A model generated the notes under the pieces. That model was not told where the DNA came from, did not search any database, and saw only the letters and a list, made by a program, of their open reading frames with translations. A stretch of DNA of 64,000 nucleotides from Candidatus Latescibacterota bacterium (lineage in GTDB: Bacteria > Latescibacterota > UBA2968 > GCA-2709665): positions 1,248,001 to 1,312,000 of the forward strand of contig OZ220733.1 in NCBI GenBank assembly GCA_965116875.1. The letters run 5' to 3'. Positions 27,189 to 36,199 of this stretch are shown piece after piece. The position numbers were made by a program, and so were the translations under genes. The stretch's first letter is position 1. Every line of letters begins with the position of its first letter.

Positions 27189-27494
27189 CTATTCCCCGGC
27201 TTCAGCGTCGGTTTCGTCCGTTTCGCCCGTATCGGCGCCGGGCGCAATGTCCTGGCTCAGAATACCCTGTTGCCGAAGCAGACTCTTCACAGTTCCCGAC
27301 GGCTCCGCGCCCTGATCCAGCCAGTGGCGCGCCCGCTCCTCGTTCAGCCGCACCAGCTGCGGATTCATCGTGGGATCGTAATAACCGAGGCTCTCAATGA
27401 ACCGACCGTCCCGAGGGAACCGGCCATCGGCGACCACAACCCGGTAGAACGGCGCATTCCTGGCGCCCTTTCGGGTCAATCGAATCTTTACCAA
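27189..27494 (-). CDS. rpsP: 30S ribosomal protein S16
   Basis: VKIRLTRKG, PFYRVVVAD, RDGRFIESLGYYDP; TTG start after GGAGG. Confidence 0.97.
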   Translation of the reverse strand: MVKIRLTRKGARNAPFYRVVVADGRFPRDGRFIESLGYYDPTMNPQLVRLNEERARHWLDQGAEPSGTVKSLLRQQGILSQDIAPGADTGETDETDAEAGE

Positions 27495-27601
27495 AGTAAA
27501 TCCTCCCATTAGGAAACCACTACACCCAGTTTTTTTTCAACGTCGTGAAAGTCAACCCCGGTTCCCGCATGCCGCCGATGCCAACCTGGAAAGGCGCCTC
27601 C

Positions 27602-28930
27602 TCAACCCGGGAACGGTACAGGCGCGCCGCGGCCCTGCTTCTCCATTCTCGACATCCGTCTCATCATCTTTCGCATCATTCCGAACTGTTTGATCAGCCT
27701 GTTGACTTCCTGGATACTGCGTCCGCTGCCAACCGCGATTCGCCGGCGCCTGCTGCCATTCAGGATCTGCGGATTGACGCGTTCCTGCCGCGTCATTGAC
27801 AGGATGATCGCTTCGGTATGCACGAACGCATCGTCATCCACGTCCAGTCCCTTCATTGCCTTTCCGGCCCCGGGAATCATGTCCATCAGCTGGCTCAATG
27901 GTCCCATCCTGCGTACCTGGTCCAATTGCTGCAGAAAATCATCGAACGTAAACGCTTCGCTTCGCAGCTTCTTCTCCAGCTTCTTCGCCTGTCTGACGTC
28001 CACCGCATCCTGCGCCCGCTCCACCAGCGTCACCACGTCGCCCATACCCAGAATCCGGGAGGCCATCCGGTCCGGATGAAACGGTTCTATACCGTCCACC
28101 TTCTCGCTGACGCCCGCGTATTTGATGGGCACACCCGTGACGTCGCGGATGGACAGCGCCGCGCCGCCGCGCGTATCGCTATCGAGGCGAGTCAGGACGA
28201 TTCCCGTAAAGTCGAGCTGTTCGTAGAACGCCGTAGCCGCCGAGACCGCATCCTGGCCCGTCATCCCGTCCGCGACGAACAGAATCTCTCCCGGCGAAAC
28301 CGCTTCGCGTATCTTCCTCAGCTCCTCCATCCGCGCATCATCGACGTGCAGCCGGCCGGCCGTATCCAGAATAACGGGGTCCATCCCGTCCGCCCGCGCC
28401 AGATCCACCGCCCCGGCGCAAATCAACGCCGGATCGGTCCCCTCCGCGGCCCGGTGGACCGGGACGTCGATTGACGCGCCAAGAACGCAAAGCTGATCGA
28501 TGGCGGCAGGACGGTAGATATCCGCCGCCACAAGGAGCGGCCTGCGGCCCTTCGCCTTCAGGAGGCGCGCAAGCTTGGCGCAAAGCGTTGTCTTGCCCGA
28601 CCCCTGCAGACCGACTACCATAACGACATTGGGCGCCGGTCCGGTCAGATTCAACTCCTGGTGCTCGTCTCCAAGGAGGTGAATCAATTCGTCGTGCACG
28701 ACCTTGACGACCTGCTGCCCGGGGGTAATGCTCCGCAACACCTCCTGTCCGATCGCCCGCTCCCTGACACGGGCAACGAACGTCCTCGCCACTTTATAGT
28801 TGACATCCGCCTCAAGAAGCGCGCGACGCACGTCTCTGAGCGCTTCATCGATATTGACTTCGGCCAACCTGCCGCGGCCTCGGAGTTTTTTGAAAACCCC
28901 TTCCAGCTTTTCCGTGAGATGATCGAACAT
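27602..28930 (-). CDS. ffh: Signal recognition particle protein
   Basis: ALLEADVN, GLQGSGKTT, DTAGRL, PFHPDRMASRILGMGD, SRRRRIAVGSG. Confidence 0.98.
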   Translation of the reverse strand: MFDHLTEKLEGVFKKLRGRGRLAEVNIDEALRDVRRALLEADVNYKVARTFVARVRERAIGQEVLRSITPGQQVVKVVHDELIHLLGDEHQELNLTGPAPNVVMVVGLQGSGKTTLCAKLARLLKAKGRRPLLVAADIYRPAAIDQLCVLGASIDVPVHRAAEGTDPALICAGAVDLARADGMDPVILDTAGRLHVDDARMEELRKIREAVSPGEILFVADGMTGQDAVSAATAFYEQLDFTGIVLTRLDSDTRGGAALSIRDVTGVPIKYAGVSEKVDGIEPFHPDRMASRILGMGDVVTLVERAQDAVDVRQAKKLEKKLRSEAFTFDDFLQQLDQVRRMGPLSQLMDMIPGAGKAMKGLDVDDDAFVHTEAIILSMTRQERVNPQILNGSRRRRIAVGSGRSIQEVNRLIKQFGMMRKMMRRMSRMEKQGRGAPVPFPG

Positions 28931-29032
28931 GGGGCGGGCCCGGGGGTTTATCCTAAAATGAGAAACAGACCTGTAAAAATACGGGACGACAGGAATTTAC
29001 GCAACAAAAAAAGCTCCAGAACAAGGGCCTCG

Positions 29033-29698
29033 CTACGCCAGACCCGCCATTCCCGCGCGCCGCAACGCAGCCACGTTTTCACCCACCTTGCCGTCGCGAA
29101 ACGCGGACGATCCGGCCACCAGCACTTCCGCTCCCGCCGCGACCGCCAGCCCCGCGTTTTCCAACCCGATACCCCCGTCGATTTCTATTTCGGCATTCAC
29201 ACCCTGACGCACGACCTCCGCACGCAATCTCCGCACCTTTTCCAGTGACTCCGGCATAAACGCCTGGCCGCCGAATCCAGGCTCCACCGACATCACAAGC
29301 GCAAGATCCAGAGACGGCAATAGAGGATACAACGCCTCCACCGGTGTTGCGGGCTTTACCGTGGCGCCTGCCCGCATTCCCCTCCTATGGATTTCACCCA
29401 GCAGTGCGGGCACATCCGCGCCGGCCTCCACGTGGACAGTGCAGATGTCGGTCCCGCTGTCCGCGAACGCCCTCAGGTATCTGCCCGGATCCGAAATCAT
29501 AAGGTGCACGTCCAGGGTCAGCGCCGTCGTTTTCCGTATGGCTTCCACAACCATGGGACCAAAGGTGATATTGGGTACGAAATGCCCGTCCATCACATCC
29601 AGGTGAATATAGTCCGCGCCGGCCGCTTCCACCGCCCGAATCTCGCGTTCGAGCGCGATAAAATCCGCTGCCAGGAAGGACGGGGCGATTTTGACCAT
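29033..29698 (-). CDS. rpe: Ribulose-phosphate 3-epimerase
   Basis: IAPSFLAADF, IHLDVMDGHFVPNITFG, MSVEPGFGGQ, IEIDGGI. Confidence 0.97.
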   Translation of the reverse strand: MVKIAPSFLAADFIALEREIRAVEAAGADYIHLDVMDGHFVPNITFGPMVVEAIRKTTALTLDVHLMISDPGRYLRAFADSGTDICTVHVEAGADVPALLGEIHRRGMRAGATVKPATPVEALYPLLPSLDLALVMSVEPGFGGQAFMPESLEKVRRLRAEVVRQGVNAEIEIDGGIGLENAGLAVAAGAEVLVAGSSAFRDGKVGENVAALRRAGMAGLA

Positions 29699-29782
29699 AA
29701 GAAGAACCTCCAATTTTCCGGCAGGGAAGTATGGAAGTGCGGCGGCTTGAATGGATCACCGGTGCGCGGCGGCAGCCAACGG

Positions 29783-30517
29783 CTACAATGTACTCACCAC
29801 CAGCCGCACCCGAGTGCCCTGCTTTACTTCTTCCCCTGACCCGGGCACGTGCCGGATCACCACGTTCAACAGATGCTGGGTGCTGAACTCATATCGGATG
29901 TCCCGTACCTGCAGTCCGGCTTCCGCCAATTCGGCGCGGGCGGTTTCAAGCGGTTTCCCAACCAGATCCGGCATTGGGACCATCTCTCCGGGAGGGCCGT
30001 TGCTGATCGTAACCGAGATTGGTGTTCCGCTCTGTACCTGTTGTCCGGGTGGCGGGTCCTGGCTGATGATCAATCCCTCCCTGACGATTTCAGACGCATC
30101 TTCAAGCGTGTCTCCCATGGCCAGGCCCGCCTGTGCGATCCACAACTGGGCCTGGCGCAGGGATTTCTCGCTGAGATCGGGCACTTCGTAGAGCCTGACC
30201 CCGCGACTCGGCACCGCATAGACCGTCCGGTTCATCTTCACGTGCGAATTCGCAAGCGGATTCTGTTGTACCAGCCTGCCCTCGGCAATGGAGGTGTCCC
30301 ATCGCGAAGGCTGCAGCTTCAACCTCAGCCCCCGTTGGGACAACGCACGGTCGGCGTCTTCGGGTGTCAGATTGACGATATCGGGGACCTCAACACGCTG
30401 GCCGGCCCGGACCAACCACGGCATGAAGAATCGATCGAGCAGGATCAGCCCCACGATTCCGGTGAAAACCGCGCAGCCCGCGAACAACGCCGCCTCACGG
30501 AGGAGCTTCTTGAACAT
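29783..30517 (-). CDS. PASTA-domain protein (three PASTA repeats, N-terminal TM)
   Basis: VEVPDIVNL, EVPDLSEKS, PMPDLVGK repeats with Q-x-P motifs. Confidence 0.88.
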   Translation of the reverse strand: MFKKLLREAALFAGCAVFTGIVGLILLDRFFMPWLVRAGQRVEVPDIVNLTPEDADRALSQRGLRLKLQPSRWDTSIAEGRLVQQNPLANSHVKMNRTVYAVPSRGVRLYEVPDLSEKSLRQAQLWIAQAGLAMGDTLEDASEIVREGLIISQDPPPGQQVQSGTPISVTISNGPPGEMVPMPDLVGKPLETARAELAEAGLQVRDIRYEFSTQHLLNVVIRHVPGSGEEVKQGTRVRLVVSTL

Positions 30518-30641
30518 CCGTCTTGTTTCCCGCCTGATAAAGTAACGAAATAACGCACCCTGTGCGGAGGAATGAGACCTCCGGGCAGTGCCAGATCCAA
30601 AAATAGGACATCGTCCTTCCGGTGTCAAGATCGTGCACCCT

Positions 30642-31631
30642 TCAACGTCCAAACGTCACGGAGACCCGGTGCGTGAGCCCCAACACTGTATGGTGCAGCG
30701 TCGCGTAATCGATCCGCAGGCCCCGATGAAGCACACCCGCCCCCACAGACAAACGCTCGGCCCTGCCCCCGGCGCCCATACGAAGCATAACCCGGCGGGC
30801 GGGTCTGTATTCCACGCCCGCACTCACCCCCGTGGGCCGGCCGGCCTCCTTGCGAACGTCCACGAGCAGCGACACGTTGCGTGCCGCCTCGAACCCCACG
30901 CCTGCCATTCCACCCTGACCCAATACGTCCACCGACTGCCCGCCTGCATTCCACGCCGCGAGTCCGAGTGTGATTCTCGGGCCGAGTATGATCCTGGCGC
31001 CCGGATCGAACGCGGTCCACGCGCGGCCCTCGGCGCCGGCAACGGACAGTTGCATGCGCCGGATCCTGACCCCGAGACCCAGCCGGGACACCACCCGCAT
31101 GCCGAATGTCATCCCGGCTGTCCTTTCCCGATACAGGCTGAATCCGTACTCCAGATAACCCAGGCCCACGGCCATGCGGCCGGTAGACGCGACTGCCCCG
31201 ATCGCGTGGGCATCCAGCACCGCCATGCCAAACGGCCGCTCGTACCCACCCGTGATACAGACGCCCTTCCCCCAGGCTACCGCGCCCGCATTCCAGAAGA
31301 CACCGTCGACGCCTTCCGCAAAACCAGCGAACGTGTCTCCCATCCCTCCGGACCGGGCGCCCACCGCCCGAAACTCGAATGCGGCGTCAGCCTGAAACGC
31401 GATCGTGAAAACACACAGGAGCCCGCGGCAAGCCGCGAGCCCGATCCGTAGTTTGAGTACACTGCACCTCGCCGCGCGGCCGGCCCATCCGCCCTGGCCT
31501 GCCGCAATGCGCGGCCTTCGCTCCTCGCGGGCATTGCCGGTCCGGCGCGCCGCGTTTTCCGGATAAGATCCCATTCCATGGAGAACTGTTCCGCAATTTC
31601 CGTGCCTTTCTTCGTCTGCGTACGGTGACAA
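30642..31631 (-). CDS. PorV/PorQ-like outer-membrane beta-barrel protein (start uncertain)
   Basis: Signal ending ADA, GARSGGMGDTF, VFWNAGA, terminal HRVSVTFG. Confidence 0.65.
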   Translation of the reverse strand: MSPYADEERHGNCGTVLHGMGSYPENAARRTGNAREERRPRIAAGQGGWAGRAARCSVLKLRIGLAACRGLLCVFTIAFQADAAFEFRAVGARSGGMGDTFAGFAEGVDGVFWNAGAVAWGKGVCITGGYERPFGMAVLDAHAIGAVASTGRMAVGLGYLEYGFSLYRERTAGMTFGMRVVSRLGLGVRIRRMQLSVAGAEGRAWTAFDPGARIILGPRITLGLAAWNAGGQSVDVLGQGGMAGVGFEAARNVSLLVDVRKEAGRPTGVSAGVEYRPARRVMLRMGAGGRAERLSVGAGVLHRGLRIDYATLHHTVLGLTHRVSVTFGR

Positions 31632-31833
31632 TCGACTATCTATTTAAGTACCATAAACTTGAGGCGAATGTGTCGAGATTTCACCCGGTCCGTGGACCCG
31701 CCGTCGCCGTGTTGTATGCTACAGTACGCCATGGAGCTGTCGTCCGGAGGAGGACAGAAAGAGCCCGCGGGTTAACACCCGCGGGCCGAAATGAAATGGC
31801 CCGGACTCTTCATGGGCGTTATATTTCGCACAT

Positions 31834-32781
31834 ATGTGCGAAAACACACCGACAAACCAGGGTTGGACCTACAGGAACCGCATCGGGAAGGACGCAGCGG
31901 GGGAAACCGTTCTTCTGTTCTATTTCCGGCGCTATCCGCACTCTTCCCGGGAAGCGTGGCGCAAACGTATCGTGTCCGGTGACGTACGGCTGGATGACAG
32001 GCCGACTACGCCCGAAACCCGGCTTTTCGCGGGACAGCGGCTCACCTATTACCGGAAGCCGTGGCGGGAACCGGACGCGCCCTGTTCGTTTGCGCTGCTC
32101 TACGAGGACGATCACCTTATTGCCGCCGACAAGCCGGCCGGCCTTCCCGTGCTGCCGGGCGGCCATCACCTTCGGAATACCCTGCTTTCCCGCATCCGCG
32201 AACAATTCCCTGAAATCCCGGGCCCCGCGCCCCTCCATCGCCTGGGACGGGGAACTTCGGGCCTGGTTCTGTTCGCCCGTTCCGGGTTGGCAAGACGAGC
32301 CCTTTCGGAAGACTTCCGAAACCGGCGTGTATGCAAATTCTACCGCGCACTCGTCGCCGGTACGGACATGCCCGATCGGTTTGCGGTTGATGTACCCATC
32401 GGGCGGATTCCCTTTGCCCCGACCCGGTACCTTTACGCGGCAACAAGCGGGGGAAAGCCGGCCAGGACCGAATGCCGGGTCCTCAACCGCGACCGGGACG
32501 GCAATCGGAGCCTGATCCGCGTCAATCTCGTCACCGGCCGCGCCCACCAGATCCGTATTCACCTTGCCGCCGCGGGACATCCTTTGATTGACGACCCGCT
32601 CTATCGCGCCGGCGGCCGCCCCGCCGTATCAGCCGCCGGAGACCGCGCCCCGCTGCCGGGAGACATTGGATACCACCTTCACGCGCACGAACTCCATTTC
32701 ATTCACCCGGCCACCAGACGCAAAGTTCACCTCACGTGCCCGCCGCCGTTGATCCTTCGCACACCCGCGGAAGAGGCCTGA
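31834..32781 (+). CDS. RluA-family pseudouridine synthase
   Basis: LYEDDHLIAADKPAGL, LHRLGRGTSGL, LVTGRAHQIRIHL, GHPLIDDPLY, LHAHEL. Confidence 0.9.
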   Translation: MCENTPTNQGWTYRNRIGKDAAGETVLLFYFRRYPHSSREAWRKRIVSGDVRLDDRPTTPETRLFAGQRLTYYRKPWREPDAPCSFALLYEDDHLIAADKPAGLPVLPGGHHLRNTLLSRIREQFPEIPGPAPLHRLGRGTSGLVLFARSGLARRALSEDFRNRRVCKFYRALVAGTDMPDRFAVDVPIGRIPFAPTRYLYAATSGGKPARTECRVLNRDRDGNRSLIRVNLVTGRAHQIRIHLAAAGHPLIDDPLYRAGGRPAVSAAGDRAPLPGDIGYHLHAHELHFIHPATRRKVHLTCPPPLILRTPAEEA

Positions 32782-32831
32782 GAATCAAGCCTGTAGCAGT
32801 TCCTGAATATCGGGCCCGCACAATGATGACG

Positions 32832-33614
32832 TCAATCACGGATCCGGGTCGTCTCGTCCGTACGCGCCTGCTTGATGTGTCTGCCGGTGAAACCCACCGC
32901 ATTCCTCAGGTCGGCTCCTCGCAGGTCTGAATTCTCAATATTGGCCTTATAGAGGTCCGCGTTCTGCATCCGGGCCTTGATGAAACTGGCGCACCGGAGG
33001 TCTGCCTGAACAAGGTCCGCGTTCTGCAGCCTCGCGCTCCGCAGATCGGCATTCCTGAGGTCGGCCCCCTGAAGATTCGCACCCTGGAGTCTCGCGCCTC
33101 TCAGATTGGCTCCCTGCAGGTCCGCATTCAGAAGGTTGGCGTCCTGGAGATCCGCGTTCCGCAGATCGGTCCCGCAAAGCCTGGCATCTCTCAGGTTTGC
33201 TCCCCGCAGCGTAGCCCTGTGCAACCGGGCGCCGGAAAGATCTGCATTCGTCAGATCGGCGAGTTCCAGGTCCGCCGGCGCCAGATTGGCATTCTTGAGA
33301 TTCGCGCCCCGGAACCGGGCGCGCTGGAGGGGAGCGCCGGAGAGATCGGCGTCCTGAAGGTCCGCATCACGGAAGTTGGCTTCGTAGAGTCTTGCACGCT
33401 GGAGATTGGCGCCGCGCAGGTTGGCGTCCTGGAACCGCACACCGCTCAGGATGGCTTCGCTCAAATCCGCGCACTGGAGCCGGGCATTCTGAAGTTCCGC
33501 CCGGCTCAGGTTTTCACCGGACACGTCGGCCCGTTCTCCCGTCGTTCCTTCAGAATCGATCCACGCACGGTGCCGGTTCATGACAAGGCGCAGTTCGGAG
33601 GGTGACATCGGCAT
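32832..33614 (-). CDS. Pentapeptide-repeat protein
   Basis: Long A(D/N)Lxx repeat array after N-terminal HRAWIDSEG..GERAD. Confidence 0.92.
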   Translation of the reverse strand: MPMSPSELRLVMNRHRAWIDSEGTTGERADVSGENLSRAELQNARLQCADLSEAILSGVRFQDANLRGANLQRARLYEANFRDADLQDADLSGAPLQRARFRGANLKNANLAPADLELADLTNADLSGARLHRATLRGANLRDARLCGTDLRNADLQDANLLNADLQGANLRGARLQGANLQGADLRNADLRSARLQNADLVQADLRCASFIKARMQNADLYKANIENSDLRGADLRNAVGFTGRHIKQARTDETTRIRD

Positions 33615-33658
33615 TCGGGACTCCTGTGTCGCGTCTACACATTACCGCCTTCAGGATC

Positions 33659-34228
33659 TCATCCCTGATCCGTCGGGTACACTTCGGATTCGGTGATCAC
33701 CAGGTCCATCGGGATATCGCGAGGACCGGCCGGCAGTCGATCGAAGAGCTGGAAATCGTATGCGAGGCCGATTTTGACAGCATTCGCCATGGAAAGGAAA
33801 CGGTCGTAGTACCCGCCCCCGGAGCCCACCCGATTTCCGGCTCGGTCGAAGGCCAGACCGGGCACGAGAACGATATCGAAGGCATCTGGCGGCACCACGG
33901 CGCCGTCCTCGCCCGAAGGCTCCAGAAGGCCGATACCCGAAGGTTTCAATTCAGCCAGGCCGCGGATTTCCCGGTGGATCAGCGTTCGGTTCGGCTCCAC
34001 GACAGGCACCGCAACCCGTTTTCCGCGATCCAGGGCAAGATCGATGAGGGTATGGGTGTCGACTTCGTTCGAGATTGAGACATAGCTGGCCAGGCATTTG
34101 GCGCAGAGGTAGACCTCCCGGCCGATCAGGCGCGCGATCACGTGATCGCTCCGTGCGCGAACCTCCCCCATTGACAGTTCGGACCGTCTTTTCTTAATGG
34201 CATTTCGGATTTGCTTTTTGGATGGCAT
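33659..34228 (-). CDS. 5-formyltetrahydrofolate cyclo-ligase
   Basis: NEVDT, VAVPVV, VLVPGLAFDRAGNRVGSGGGYYDRFL. Confidence 0.93.
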   Translation of the reverse strand: MPSKKQIRNAIKKRRSELSMGEVRARSDHVIARLIGREVYLCAKCLASYVSISNEVDTHTLIDLALDRGKRVAVPVVEPNRTLIHREIRGLAELKPSGIGLLEPSGEDGAVVPPDAFDIVLVPGLAFDRAGNRVGSGGGYYDRFLSMANAVKIGLAYDFQLFDRLPAGPRDIPMDLVITESEVYPTDQG

Positions 34229-34278
34229 AGCAGTCCGTTGATTCGACCTGAAACTTTTCTGCGGCGTCGGGGTTAATA

Positions 34279-34307
34279 ACTATACTTCGAGGGCGGCGGG
34301 TTGTCAA
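34279..34307 (-). promoter_or_regulatory. Sigma70 promoter of the cyclo-ligase gene
   Basis: TTGACA-17 nt-TATAGT. Confidence 0.65.
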
Positions 34308-34363
34308 GACAGGAGGGGGCATGGAATACAGACGGACCGGCGCGGTCAGACGGAAAAGTTCGC

Positions 34364-34392
34364 TTGACTTTGACTGTAGGGGCTTTTAAATT
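34364..34392 (+). promoter_or_regulatory. Sigma70 promoter of the uppS operon
   Basis: TTGACT-17 nt-TAAATT. Confidence 0.5.
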
Positions 34393-34440
34393 ACAAATGC
34401 TGAATTTTGAAGTACTAACGGCAATTCCTGTGAGGAAATC

Positions 34441-35268
34441 TTGGATCGCCACGACGTGGAAATTCAAAATGAGTTGAAGGCGGACGGCAATCTTCCGGGG
34501 CATGTCGCAATCATCATGGACGGGAATGGCCGCTGGGCGCAAAGACATGGACTTGTCAGAACTCAGGGACACCGTTCCGCCCGCAAGGTTGTGCGTGACA
34601 TTGTGCGGGCCTGTGGGGAACTCGGGATAGATATCCTCACGCTTTTTGCATTTGGAACGGACAACTGGCGGCGCCCCTGGGCGGAAGTCCTTTCGTTAAT
34701 GCAGTTGTTGCGAGACGTTGCCGTTGACGAACTGAAGGAACTCCTCGAGAATAACGTCCGCCTGGTTGCAACCGGAGATACGGACCGTCTGGCAAGGCAG
34801 GCGCGGCAGGCAATGAAATACGCCATGTTCAGGACGTCCGAAAACACCGGGCTGACGCTGAATCTGGCGATGAGTTACGATGGCCGCAACGATATTCTCC
34901 AGGCCGTCAGACGAATCGCCTCCGCGGTGGAACAGGGAAGAGTCAACAGTGATGGTATCGACGAGAAGCTGTTTTCCGGGATGCTTTACACGACCGATCT
35001 GCCCGACCCCGACTTACTGATCCGAACCAGCGGAGAGTTTCGTCTGAGTAATTTCATGCTCTGGCAGTGTGCGTACACGGAATTCTGGTTCACGCCGGTC
35101 CTGTGGCCCGATTTCAGGCGTGAACACCTGTACGAAGCCGTTCGGGCGTATCAGTCCCGTGAGCGCCGTTTCGGAAAGACCAGCGCGCAGGTCCGTTCTT
35201 CGGCGAATGGCGCCGGGAACGGGGTTGCAGAGCGGATGGGGGCGGCGGCGGGAGTGAAGCCCGCGTAA
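34441..35268 (+). CDS. uppS: Undecaprenyl diphosphate synthase (cis-prenyltransferase)
   Basis: HVAIIMDGNGRWA, PDPDLLIRTSGEFRLSNFMLWQ, RERRFG. Confidence 0.96.
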   Translation: MDRHDVEIQNELKADGNLPGHVAIIMDGNGRWAQRHGLVRTQGHRSARKVVRDIVRACGELGIDILTLFAFGTDNWRRPWAEVLSLMQLLRDVAVDELKELLENNVRLVATGDTDRLARQARQAMKYAMFRTSENTGLTLNLAMSYDGRNDILQAVRRIASAVEQGRVNSDGIDEKLFSGMLYTTDLPDPDLLIRTSGEFRLSNFMLWQCAYTEFWFTPVLWPDFRREHLYEAVRAYQSRERRFGKTSAQVRSSANGAGNGVAERMGAAAGVKPA

Positions 35269-35305
35269 CGGGGCTCACTCGAACGCTCGCTTCCGTCAGG
35301 CAGGG

Positions 35306-36136
35306 GTGGTTTTGGCGGTACAGTCGAATCTGTTTCACCGGATCTCAGCGGCGGCGGTCTTCGGGCCGCTTTTTCTGGTTCTGTTCTGGGTTGGTGGAAT
35401 ACCACTCCTGATCGGCGTATGCGCGGTGGCTGCTGGCGGAACGTGGGAATACTGCCAGATGCAGAAAAAGCGGGGGCTGCATCCCTGGACTGGCGTCGGG
35501 GTTGCGGCCTCTTTGGTTTGGTGTCTCTGGTTGAACTGGTTTGGAGATCGACTCTGGCTGGTCCCGGTCGTAGTGATCCTCCTTGTCCTGCTCACCCTGG
35601 CAACGGGAAGCAGGGACGGCCAGTTTCGACTGGCGGACGCCGAAACGACCTTCGTCGGTACGTGCTACGTCGGGTTACTGCCCGCCTTTGCCCTGCTGGT
35701 TCGGAACGATTCCGGTCTCGAACCCGCCGAATCCGGCGCAAGGTGGTTTGCTGTTCTCGTACTCCTGGGAATCTGGAGTACGGATATTTTCGCCTATTTT
35801 GCCGGCCGCCTCTGGGGGAAACGACGTCCTTTTCCACGGATCAGCCCCGGTAAGACCGGGGCAGGCTTCGCAGGCGGAATCGTCGGGTCCGTAGCGGTAA
35901 TGCTTGCCGGTGGAAACGTCTTGAAATTGTACTCCGTTCCAGCCGGTATCTCTCTGGGAATCGTGGTGGGGCTGGGCGCCCTGTGGGGAGACCTGGTCGA
36001 GTCGATGATCAAAAGGAACGCGGGAGTCAAAGATGCTTCCGCCCTGATTCCCGGACACGGCGGCGTGTTGGACCGGTTCGACAGTTTTCTGTTTGTCTAC
36101 CCCGTGGTCTATCTCTACCTGCGCGTGTTTCATTGA
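35306..36136 (+). CDS. cdsA: Phosphatidate cytidylyltransferase
   Basis: WSTDIFAYFAG, ISPGKT, GDLVESMIKR..GVKD..IPGHGGVLDRFDS. Confidence 0.95.
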   Translation: MVLAVQSNLFHRISAAAVFGPLFLVLFWVGGIPLLIGVCAVAAGGTWEYCQMQKKRGLHPWTGVGVAASLVWCLWLNWFGDRLWLVPVVVILLVLLTLATGSRDGQFRLADAETTFVGTCYVGLLPAFALLVRNDSGLEPAESGARWFAVLVLLGIWSTDIFAYFAGRLWGKRRPFPRISPGKTGAGFAGGIVGSVAVMLAGGNVLKLYSVPAGISLGIVVGLGALWGDLVESMIKRNAGVKDASALIPGHGGVLDRFDSFLFVYPVVYLYLRVFH

Positions 36137-36199
36137 GACGATCGTGCATTCCACGAACCTTCAAAACCGTTTGCCCGTTGACATGAACGGGGTCTGTGT

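Noticed and set aside
31720-31825. HDV-like or twister ribozyme
   Set aside because: Required helix order and conserved core nucleotides could not be fitted on either strand
32900-33520. 15-bp periodic repeats
   Set aside because: Explained by the pentapeptide-repeat coding sequence
34229-34440. 6S RNA (ssrS), often upstream of the 5-FTHF cyclo-ligase gene
   Set aside because: A consensus promoter lies only about 50 nt before the ATG and the rest holds the divergent uppS promoter; no room for, or sign of, a 180-nt rod
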